From assembly GCF_021028975.2 (NCBI RefSeq), contig NC_059439.1, positions 22,506,001 to 22,570,000 of the forward strand: a stretch of 64,000 nucleotides of DNA. The letters are read 5' to 3'. Origin of the DNA: Sphaerodactylus townsendi. Its lineage: Eukaryota. This document shows, in pieces, positions 47,401 through 59,400 of the stretch (the first letter of the stretch is position 1; every line of letters begins with the position of its first letter). The position numbers were made by a program, and so were the translations under genes. The notes beneath the pieces were generated by a model that saw only the letters and a list, made by a program, of their open reading frames with translations, was not told the DNA's origin and did no database searches.

Positions 47401-50400
47401 TAGCAGTTTAGAGGCCAACAAAACTTTTAGATATGCCATAGTACCTGATGAAGGGATCTTTGATTCTCAAGAGTTTATCACTCCAATATCTTTTTGGTCT
47501 CTAAGGTGCTACTGGACTCCAATCTAGCTTTGGAAGAAGAACCCTGTGGTACACCATAGTATTGAAAAGAAATGGAAGTCCTACTGACAGGTACTGTCCC
47601 TAAATCTTTAGAAATTTCCCAAGACTGAGTTATAAAATCTACTAATTAGAAATTGTTGTTTTATGAAACACTTTTTTCTGAGAAAAGTCCAAACCCTGCA
47701 AAAATTCCAGAAATTCTATAAAGTACAGCCATTTCAGTATGCCTTTTTTTGTAAATCTGAGGATGCAATCTGGTGATTGGTGCTTTGAATGGACAGGACA
47801 GAACTTTCTAAAAACTGAAAAGCCCATTTTGCAGAAAAATCTGAAAATCAGATGAACATATTGAGGGTTTAGAAAAACCCAACATGATAAAAGGAGTACC
47901 TGCTGCTTTAAGAAACAGAAGCCTCAGTGACTTTTGCTTGGCAAACCCAACATTCTTGGCTCAGTGTTAGTCAGTAAATGGCAGAGGCAGAAGCACAGCC
48001 ATTTCCATATTTCCATGGCTGCTTTAGCCTTTGAGGGAGGACTCATTGGGACAGGCCTGACAGGAACCACCAGGTTACTTGCTACTATCTGACTTTTATC
48101 ACCCACTTAGGCATGGCTGTTTACTACTGTTCAACAGCAGCCACCCTATAAAGACCAGTATGGTTCAGCAGTTACAGCTTCATACTGGGATCAAATGCAA
48201 ATCACTGATGACATAGGGCCAGTCACATCCTTTCAGCCTAACTTACTTCACCTGACTGTGGTGAAGATAAAAAGGAGAAGAGGATATTGTCAAGCTCCTG
48301 GTGATAGGTTTAGATCTTTTGAGACTATAGCTGATCTCTGGGTGAAAGAGATCCATTCCCCTGGGGGAAAATGTCTGCTTTGAAAGGTGGGCTCTATGGC
48401 ATTATATGTCACTGAAGTCTCTCACCACCCAAAATACCAGTGTTCTTAGACTCCACCCTAAAAATTTCCCAGGACTTTCCTGACTTAGAGCTGGCCACCC
48501 TAGGAGATAATTATGTAAGCTGCCATTTCATCACTGTGGAGAAAGAAAGAAAGCATGGCCCTTTCCGCATGGGCCAAATACAGTGCCCTGGGGATGGAAA
48601 AAACACCGTCCCCAGGGAGCTGTTTGCATGGGGGGGGGCCGCAGCTGCTTTGCAGCCGCACTGCCCTCGCTCCTCCCCAGTGGCGCGAAGCCGCTGTTTC
48701 AAAACCTTGCTCCTCGAGCGAGGTTTTTGGGAAACAGTGGCTTCCAACCACTGCCGTGCGAATGGCAGCGGCTGGAAGGCGCCATCCCTCCCCCCTTTCC
48801 CAATCGACTTGCCTTCCCTGCAACTGTCTGGTGCATCGCCGAGGCCTGGGGACATGTCCCCTGCTCTGTGACTCCGGAGCGGTCGCGCAGGGCAGGGGGC
48901 GTGTCCCCTGGCCTTCGGCAACACGCTGGATGGTCGCAGGGAAGGTAAGTCGATCGGGCGATGGTGCAGCCGACCCAATCCCCAGTGTGGCNNNNNNNNN
49001 NNNNNNNNNNNNNNNNNNNNNNNNNNNNNNNNNNNNNNNNNNNNNNNNNNNNNNNNNNNNNNNNNNNNNNNNNNNNNNNNNNNNNNNNNNNNNNNNNNNN
49101 NNNNNNNNNNNNNNNNNNNNNNNNNNNNNNNNNNNNNNNNNNNNNNNNNNNNNNNNNNNNNNNNNNNNNNNNNNNTGAAAATAAATAACTGGGTTTTTAT
49201 GTATTCATCTAACAGGTCAACTTATTTCATTGGTTCTCTTTTATTTTTACTTAAGGTTACTAATGATGAATCACATGACTTTCCTCCATATGCTTAATAT
49301 ACTGATTCATTCAGTTTACCTGTATATTGACATAATTTCCTATACTCTCATAGCTGATTTCAGTTATAAATTGTGCCTCTCATTATAAAGCTTTATGATT
49401 AGGAAAGGTTTGACTGTGGAAAAGGTTATAGATTCATAAGCATTGCTTATCTGTTGTAAACATCTACTCGATTTTTCATAGGTCTCCTACTCCATTTCTG
49501 CAATGATGATGAATTATGAAAACTGGTTTCCTTCCATCTACCAAATGATCCCCAAAGCAGAACATCAGTACCAAGGGATTGTCCATCTACTTCTCTATTT
49601 CCAGTGGACGTGGGTTGGGATCATTGCAGTGGATGGTGATCAAGGAGCCAGATTTCTTCAGATGTTGATACCTCTGCTGTCCCAGAATGGCATCTGTTCC
49701 GCCTTCATTGATAAGATACACAAACTAGATTCCACTGATGCTTTGACAGACTTTTTCTTCATGTCATGGTTCCAGAATAACTTAAACCTTTCTGTAGCAA
49801 AGGCAAAAGCCAAGGTAGTTGTCATAAATGCAGATGCTCGTACAGTGGTGTTGTTGAACTGGATTCTACATAGTCCTGCAGTGGAAAATGCAATAGAGAC
49901 TACCATGGGTAAGGTATGGATTATGACAGCCCAGTGGGATTTCTCCTCACAGACTTTTTTAAGGACTTTCAATGTTAGAACCTTCCATGGTGCTTTATCC
50001 ATTGCAGCTAAGTCCAACGATGTATTGGGGTTCCAAGATTTCATTTGCAATGTAAGTTCCCATTGGCCAGAAGGAGATGGTTTTATCAGAACTTTCTGGC
50101 AGCAGGCATTTAACTGTTTCCTGTCAGATTCCAAAGAAGATGAAGCTAATCCATACAGGTGCACTGGGAAGGAGAAGGTGGAAAGTCTTCCAGGTCCTTT
50201 CTTTGAAATGAGCATGACTGCCCAAAGTTATTGCATTTACAATGCTGTTCACGCTGTAGCACGTGCTCTCGATGCCATGCATGCAGCTAGGCAGAAACGT
50301 GAGATGATGGTGAGGAAAGGAAAAAATGTGGAACTATTTCATCCCCAACCTTGGCAAGTAAGATATTGTATCTATCATAATGATGTTCAGACAGTTAATA

Positions 50401-53400
50401 AATAATTTCTGACTTTGTCTGTGTCCATACTTTGACAGAAGTTAGAAGCAGGGGACCGATCAGGACTTGCAGAGACATCTCATTTCTTTTTGCTTGTTTT
50501 CCCACTTTCTCTTCTCTGAGAAGTGCTGCGAAATCTATCCTTTCCTTGCATTCTTTTCTCTTTTCCATTCAATGACCCCCTCCACTTTTATTTGCCTTCT
50601 GTTCTACTTTGCTTCCTTCCTGACCTTTTTCAGCCTCTATTTGTCTCATCGGGAGAGCCTCCCAAAGCCACAAAGCAAGCTTGGTGTTGTTATCGTAAAA
50701 TGTGCCCCCTACAGGCAGAAAATGGCAAAACCACCAAAAAACCACCATTTTTTTTTTCGTTTGGGAGGGTGGGTGGGTTGGGTTGTGATAATTTTAAAGG
50801 CAGAAAAACCCAAATCTGAATTTAAATGTGTGTTTTTTCTAAAAAATTGTTCAATCTTAGCCTCTACTTATGAAAATTATAGATGACTTGTGTGGCACCA
50901 GTTGCTGGGCTTGACCTAGTTGCTCAGTGGGCAAGCTACAAGGATTTGTGAGGGGTACCTCATTTTACTCTCAATCCTGTCCCCCAAATTATTACTCCGT
51001 TCCCTCCTAGGGATGTGCAGCAGGAAAAAAAAACCTTTTCTTTATCCAGATAATGGAAATGAAGAATATCAGTATTCTGGTACGAAATTCAGATCATTTA
51101 AAGGGGCTGTCTGATAATTTTCAGCTCTATTATTTCTTATGGAAAAGCTTTCCAAGGAGCTGAGTTTATTTAAGAAAAGTACTGGCATGAAACTTGCCAG
51201 GGAGCTTCTGAGAACCCCAAAATGTCAAGTTTATTTCAATGGACCCTGAACAATGTTACCCAGTGGTCCTCCATTGTTTCCCACAAAAATGCACCAAAAA
51301 AGGTAAAAACCAAGAATCTCCTCAGAGGAATGGTACTGCAAGCTACTTAAGCCCAATCAATGTAAAACCTGGGCATTTCAATCAATGTAAAATGTGAGTT
51401 CCTCAACCTATGTAAAACTCTTGAATCCCAATATAAAAGCCAAGAATCCAAAAAAACAAAACAAAACAAAACATCCATCCTGAGGACCTGACCCAAACCA
51501 GCCCCAGCAAGGAATGAAAAGCAACAAAAAACACTTTAAACTGACAGAATTCTGCCTGAAGCACCCTGACAAGTAAATACCCAGGCTAAAACATGAGGTG
51601 GGAGGGGGCAGTCCTGGGAGCCCAAAAAGGTCAGCTCTTTATATTCTCTGTTAATCCGGAATATTGCTGGGATTTTTGGACTCATTTTTTTCACTATCCC
51701 AGAAATCCCTAGATATATCTGGAAATTATGATATGGCATTTTCACATGTATTTTCACACTGAGAACATCTGAATGCACAACCCTAAAATCCCACCTCCTG
51801 ATTACCAGATCCTCACTTTTCCATGCTTTCTTTTTCTCCTGCTTACCCACCCAACCAACTACTTCAACACTCTGACCATCATGCCACACTAAACATATTC
51901 ATATTTTAACAGATGCAATATATACTGAAAAATCTTATCTGTTGTTCAGTGATACTGGGTAAATTCAGCAGACATTTTAAGTTTGTGTTATAATGTTACC
52001 ACTAGCATCAATAATTACCTTGTTATCAAAATGTGTCTAGTCTTCTGTTTGAAGCTTGCCTATTTAGTGACTGTTATATACATACTTACAAGAGTTCAGA
52101 TTATTTTTTAGTTTCAGTTTTCGTATATGATTTGAACTGTATTTATTTTGTATATTTGTTTCAAACCAATTGACCCTCGTGACCTGTTCATGCTTTGGGA
52201 TTCTTTTTTTCTCCTTTCAACCATTTTTGTTTTTGGGGTTGGCTGTCATATCTACTTCATCCTTGTTTCCAGCAACTCAAAATATCCAAACATGAATCAG
52301 GGAAATGGATAGATTGATTTCTAGTATGTACTCATATTATACCTTTTTAATATACAGTTGATGTTATGCTATAATATAAGCAAATGAAATGCTGATTTTA
52401 TGCAGAGAACTGATTTAGAAACAATGCATGTATTTTATAGGAAACAGTATAATAATGCACTTTCAATACACTTTCAATGAACTTTGCAGTTGGATTTTAC
52501 TGTGTGGAATACAAAATTTCCTTGCAAACAATTGTGGAAGTGAATTGTGAAAGTGGATTGAAAATCCATTATTCTGCATATGTGGAAGGGGCCTGTGTAA
52601 GAAAAACAATAACAAGAGTTACAAAATCAGTGGTGAACTGAAATACATTTTTATGGATTGAAGAAATGTAGAAGGATGTTAACGCTTCATTAACCCTCCT
52701 GTTGACCAAACTGCACAAGCAATTGCAGAGGAAGCTTACTTGAGTTCCCTGTTTCAGTCAATTGGCTGTATCCAATCTGCAGATGACCACAAATGGGTTA
52801 TCAGTTCCCGCCACCACCTAATCTTTGAAACTAATGTTTTTAAGAGTAATTCTCATGATTCTTTTTTAGCCAACGACTCCCAGAAATCCAACGATCTTTT
52901 AACATTTTTCTTTTGGGGAATGTCGTGTCTGTTTCAAATCAATTCTGTTCGGATCACAAAAAAAAAGCAAAAAGAGGAAGATTGGGAAGGGAGGTCCAAC
53001 ACAATTTCAGAATTTCATAAAGCAAATGCTTGGAGGCAGCTTGGGTTTTCCTAGTGTTTCTATCCACCAGCTAGAGAGCCCTGTGGTTTGTAACACCCCC
53101 CCTCCCCAGGAAAGCCCAATCCAGTTAGGGATGGATTTATAAAACACACAGAGTACAATCATGCTGTGTAACATAAAACTACAAAGAGAAAGCTAAGAGA
53201 AATTAAACAGAAATTCATTTTTTGAAAGAGAAAAAAAGATAATCAGAGAAATCTACATAAAAAGTGCATTTTAGAAAAAGAAATTCCATCCCCATAACAA
53301 TTATATTTGTAGCCTAAAAACTAAGGCTGATTCCGCATGGGCCAAAAACAGCAGTGTGAAAACAGTGTGAAAATGGTGTAAAAGGGTTTAAAACGGTGTA

Positions 53401-56400
53401 AAAGGGTTTATACTGTTTTCACACCGTTTTCACACCGCTGTTTTTGGCCTGTGCGAAATCAGCCTAACTCTTCTCTACAAAAGCAAATATCTTGGCTGAA
53501 ATGAGGATTTATTGAAAAAAGGCAAAACATGGGATAGTCTGAAATTCAAGAACATATCTATTAACTTTATGACAATGAATAGTCTCATAACATCAATTAA
53601 GTCTCATGAAAAGAAGCATCTAAAATAGCTAGAGACCAGTGCTGGAAATGTTTTTCTGAAAGAGCAAAACTATATTTGTTCCCTTTTTTCTTCTTCTCCG
53701 GTCAGCCATTTTGTCTTTTTCTATACAGCTTCATCCTTTTCTTCGAAGTGTCTCATTTAATAACAGTGCTGGGGATTCGATCCATTTTAATGAGAAAGGT
53801 GAACTGGAAAGTGGATTTGACATAATCAACTGGGTGACTTTCCCAAACCAAAGCATTGTAAGAGTGAAAGTAGGGAGGGTGGATCCACAAGCTTCACTAG
53901 GCCAACAATTTATCATCAATGAGGAATTCATCACATGGCACATGGCATTTAATCAGGTGGGATTGAATTGTAGGAATGATAGTTCTGAAACATAATTTTA
54001 GAATTATTTGAGTATTGACCTGACTAATCTCACCCATGCAACATTGTTTTTTGTTACCTAGTATAATTTTCAGCGTGCTCAAATTGTATGTGCAGAAGGC
54101 TGATATTAAAGAAGCGGACCAGACTTACCTGGGCCGCCATTGCCACTAGGGGAAGGGCGCCACGTTGCCTTCCTTCCCCTCTTCCACCAGGCTGCCGTGT
54201 CACTGGGCCACCCTGCACAGACTCCGGGCGGCGCAGCCCATTGGCTGTGGGGTGGGGCTGGCCAGGATGCAGGGTTCTGATGCCAGACCCCGTCGCCGCC
54301 CATCGCTGTTAAAAGCCAGGGCAGGCCTCGTGCAGGCCCTCTTTGCCTGGCTGCCATCCAATCGACCCACCCACCCTCCCTGTATTTTCTGTTGGGTTTT
54401 TCTAGTTGTTAAATTGTATCGTTTGTGGTTTGCGCATGGGGGACTGATTCTTGGCCAGGTTAGCTGCCTGCTAACCATTTTGGGAACCTCCTTACGAGGT
54501 TTGGGGTGGAGCAAGCCAGGACTCTTAACGCCCAGGCGTGGGCTGAGCTGGCTTGCGCCCCACAGTAATTGGGGGAAATTTTCAGGCAGCGGTTCACCAC
54601 CCATCTGATATTTCCCCCTCATTGCTGCCAGGTATCAGTTCGTGTTTCATTTCCTCAAACAGGTGGGTTTGAGGAATCCCGGGTTGGGGGACAGCCTTCT
54701 GGGCTGCCCAACACAGGGATCACACCCCATGCTGTGCCTTACTCTTGCTATTCTGTCAAGCCAATAAATTCATGGCAATGGCCATTTTATTCCACAAATA
54801 AAGTGTTTGTCTTTTGTTTAACTGCTATCTTGTATGGTTCCCGGGTTGCATACAGCAAGCTATCTCTCCCTCTGGTGGCAAAATGTATCAGATTCTGTTG
54901 TCACATCCTCTAAGTGATTACACCCTATTGTAGCCAAGGGTTGGATCAAGACACAAGAGGAACAGGACTTTGTTACCACTCCTGCCCTCCTGAAGTCTGA
55001 AATGTTCCCAGAATAGAGTACCAGGGGTCAGGACTGGGGACAGTATGAAGGGTAGATTGGAGGACTATGGTAGGAGTTGGTAATTGGTGAGCCATTTGTG
55101 GAAAACTACCACTGAATCCAGTCTTAAATCCTTAGTTATTCATATATTCCATTCTCCTCCTCCTTGTAAATTATTCTTTGCATAAGTAAGTAATAATACT
55201 GGTAGAGGAAATATTCAGGACACAATTAGCAGCTCTTGTAACAGAGGCCTCTTCCCTTGCTATCATGTTAATTCTATTCAAAACTCTGGGGGTCATGTGT
55301 AGAACAGCCAATGAGAAGAAAATGGAATACGTATATTTTCTTTTTTTCTATTGACAGGTGCAGCCTATCTCTGTATGTAATGACTACTGCCATCCGGGTT
55401 ACAGAAGAAAGATGAAGGAGGGGGAGCCATTTTGTTGCTATGCTTGTGGGAACTGTCCAGAAGGAAAGATTTCAGACAAGAAGGGTTCGAAAAAAATATT
55501 CCATGCCATGAAATATTTCAAGAGCATGTAACATATCTTTGGCTGTGGCTGTTTCAACATTTTTATTATTTAAAATTACATGATTTAATGATTGGAGAAC
55601 ATTAATTTGGAGTAGTGGAGGTACAATAGACTATTGGCCACTTATTTCTCACACTCATATTTCACCATTCCTCCAAGGAGCTCAGTATGGCATGCAGGGT
55701 GATGTCATCTCAGTTGTCCCCACAATGAGAGAGAATAGTCCAAAGCTAGCTACATGGCCAAGAGCTCAAGATGAGATCTTTCAGGTCCAATAATGTATCC
55801 ACTACATTACACTGGCTCCCATAACTCTACCTCAGATATTTATTTATTTATTTATGGGTTTTATATATCGCCCAACCCCCGGAGGGCTCTGGGCGGTGCA
55901 CAACATAATTACATCTTACAACCCATACAAAACATTAAATTAGAATTAAAACACAGATCACCATGATTGCAATAATTCTTCCTTGTTACAGTTTCACTAT
56001 GCAATCACAATACTGATTCTATCAACAGAGCAAGGTCTTGTCACAATGAAGCAGACATACATTTGCGATAGGATTGCTGTATCGAGAAAGAAGTGTCCCA
56101 TTTTGTCACATGTGAAAATTAGTGATGCCTTTTCACAGCTTATGAGACCCTGGTTCTATTGAGAGCTCTGCAACAGAGAGGCCCATGCAAGACATCCCCC
56201 CCCCAATCCTTAGTTATTCATATACTCCATTCTTTTCCTCCTTGTAAATTGTCATTATTGTAAATTGTAAAATGTCATTATTCGGGATCTGCTTTTTGGC
56301 TTATATCACTGTCATTTTGTTTTCAGGGGGAAAAAACCCTCTAAAAATGCACACCCCTATCAGTACTGTAGCTCAGTAGATTTTGGCAACTGTACAGAAC

Positions 56401-59400
56401 CTAGCAATTCTACCTTAGTTTATCTTTCAACGTCTGGAAGAAAAAGGGAGATACACTGCTTATCTCATCTTTCCAGGATATTTTGGAGGGTAGGTGTCAA
56501 AAATACATTATTGTCAGTCCGTTTCCGCACGGCCTTTTTATGGTGCCCTGGGAATGGTAAAAACGCCGTTCCCAGGGAGCCATTCGCACAGGCGGTGTTG
56601 CTGCTAAGCAGCAGCGCACCACCTGGCGTCCCCTCCCCAGGAGGCGTCAGGCGCCCTGAAAAAAAACCGCTTTAAAGGGTTGTTTTCGCAACAGCATGTT
56701 CGGCGGTGCTAACTGCTGCAGCGGGAACCATGTTCCTTCCATGACTCACCGTGTCCCGTCGATGCGGCCTGCTGGCTGGCCGAAGCCCATACGCTGTCCT
56801 CCGACCCTTGGAGGTGGGAGGGCGAAGCAGGCAACCAGCTGCTGGCAACGAGGGAACCTGATCCAGACGGAAAGAGACAGAAAGCGGCTCCATGCGGGAG
56901 CCGCCTGCGAATCCGCCGGCCTCTCCTGGGAATTAAGCCACTTGCGATGTCGCGTCTGCCGAGCGACCTTATCGCCTGCATGACAGAATTCTTTGCGGCG
57001 TGGAGGCACGCCGGCGGCCGTCGCGGAAGCGGCCTCAGGTGAAGGGGAAGTGCAGCCCATGTCTAGCCATTTTAATTTCCTCAGTAGCTCAAAGGCATAA
57101 ATACTCCTGAAGTGGCATGTCATGGTATCTCTGGCCCATTCTGCACATGCAGAATAATGCACTTTCAAACTGCTTCCAGTGCTCTTTGAAGCTGTGCAGA
57201 ATAGCAAAATCCACTTGCAAACAGTTGTGAAAGTGGTTTGAAAATGCATTAATTTGTGTGTGTGGAAAGGGCCTCTCATCTAATGGAAGAATGTTTAGAT
57301 GAGCCAGAGCGAAAAATGTTTCATAAGTTCTAGAACTAATGAATTAGCTGGACAGTTTTAAAACATTTAAGAACATAAGAACATAAGAACAAGCCAGCTG
57401 GATCAGACCAGAGTCCATCTAGTCCAGCTCTCTGCTACTCGCAGTGGCCCACCAGGTGCCTTTGGGAGCTCACATGTAGGATGTGAACGCAATGGCCTTC
57501 TGTGGCTGTTGCTCCCGATCACCTGGTCTGTTAAGGCATTTGCAATCTCAGATCAAGGAGGATCAAGATTGGTAGCCATAAATCGACTTCTCCTCTATAA
57601 ATCTGTCCAAGCCCCTTTTAAAGCTATCCAGGTTAGTGGCCATCACCACCTCCTGTGGCAGCATATTCCAAACACCAATCACACGTTGCATGAAGAAGTG
57701 TTTCCTTTTATTAGTCCTAATTCTTCCCCCCAGCATTTTCAATGAATGCCCCCTGGTTCTAGTATTGTGAGAAAGAGAGAAAAATTTCTCTCTGTCAGCA
57801 TTTTCTACCCCATGCATCATTTTGTAGACTTCAATCATATCCCCCCTCAGCCGCCTCCTCTCCAAACTAAAGAGTCCCAAACGCTGCAGCCTCTCCTCAT
57901 AGGGAAGGTGCTCCAGTCCCTCAATCATCCTCGTTGCCCTTCTCTGCACTTTTTCTATCTCCTCAATATCCTTTTTTGAGATGCGGCGACCAGAACTGGA
58001 CACAGTACTCCAAGTGCGGTTGCACCACTGCTTTATATAAGGGCATGACAATCTTTGCAGTTTTATTATCAATTCCTTTTCTAATGATCCCCAGTGTAGA
58101 GTTTGCCTTTTTTACAGCTGCCATGCATTGAGTTGACATTCCCATGGAACTATCAACTAAGACACCTAAATCCCTTTCCTGGTCTGTGACTGATAGCACT
58201 GACCCTGGCGCAGTATGTGAAGTTTGGATTTTGCCCCTATGTGCATCACTTTACATTTTGCTACATTGAACTGCATTTGCCATTTCTGAGCCCACTCACC
58301 TAATTTATCAAGGTCCGCTTGGAGCTCTTCGCAATCCTTTGTGGTTCTCACCACCCTACATAATTTAGTATCATCTGCAAACTTGGCCACCACGCTACCC
58401 ACCCCTACTTCCAGGTCATTTATGAATAGGTTAAAGAGCACTGGTCCCAAAACGGATCCTTGGGGGACACCACTCCCGACATCTCTCCATTGTGAGAACT
58501 TCCCATTTACACCCACTCTTGGTTTCCTGTTTCTCAACCAGTTTTTAATCCATAGGAGGACTTCCCCTCTTATTCCTTCATTGCTGAGTTTTCTCAACAG
58601 TCTCTGGTGAGGAACTTTGTCAAAAGCCTTTTGGAAATCCAAGTAGACAATGTCCACTGGTTCACCCCTGTCCACATGCCTGTTTACACCCTCAAAGAAC
58701 TCTAGTAAGTTTGTAAGACAGGATTTGCCTGCAAAAGCCACGCTGACTCTTTCTCAGCAGGTCTTGCTTTTCTACATGTTTTATAATTTTATATTAAATG
58801 ATAGATTCTACTAATTTACCAGGAACAGATGTCAAACTGACTGGGTTGTAATTTCCTGGGTCCCCCCTAGATCCTTTCTTAAAGATTGGTGTGACATTGG
58901 CCATCTTCCAGTCTTCAGGGATGGAGGCTGATTTCAGGGATAAGTTGCATATTAAAGTGAGAAGATCAGCAATTTCATGCTTGAGCTCTTTAAGAACTCT
59001 TGGGTGAATGCAATCTGGGCCAGGGGATTTGGTAACATTTAGTTTATCAATGGCTGCCAGAACTTCTTCCTTGTCTACCACTATCTTCGCTAGTTCCTCG
59101 GATTCGCCTCCTAAGACGCTTGGTTCAGGTGCAGGAATGTTCCTCACCTCCTCTTGGGTGAAGACAGATGCAAAGAATTCATTCAGCTTCTCTGCAATCT
59201 CCCTGCCATCTTTTAGCACACCCTTTGTTCCTTTGTCATCTAACGGGCCTACCACTTCCCTTGCTGGCTTCCTGCTTTTGATGTACTTGAAGAACTGTTT
59301 GTTGCTGGTCTTGATGTTCAAGGCCATGCGTTCCTCATAATCCTTTTTTGCCTCCCTTACAGCTAACTTGCTTCTCTTTTGCCACCATTTGTGTTCCCTC

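Noticed and set aside
47445-47480. Second hammerhead-like CTGATGA motif in a palindromic repeat
   Set aside because: The required GAAA is absent (reads CAAGAG); at best a dead relic.
54088-54830. GC-rich segment with several ORFs and AATAAA signals in V2R2 intron 4
   Set aside because: Probably a retroelement terminal fragment, but I could not define its ends, TSD or family, and the ORFs have no recognisable motifs.
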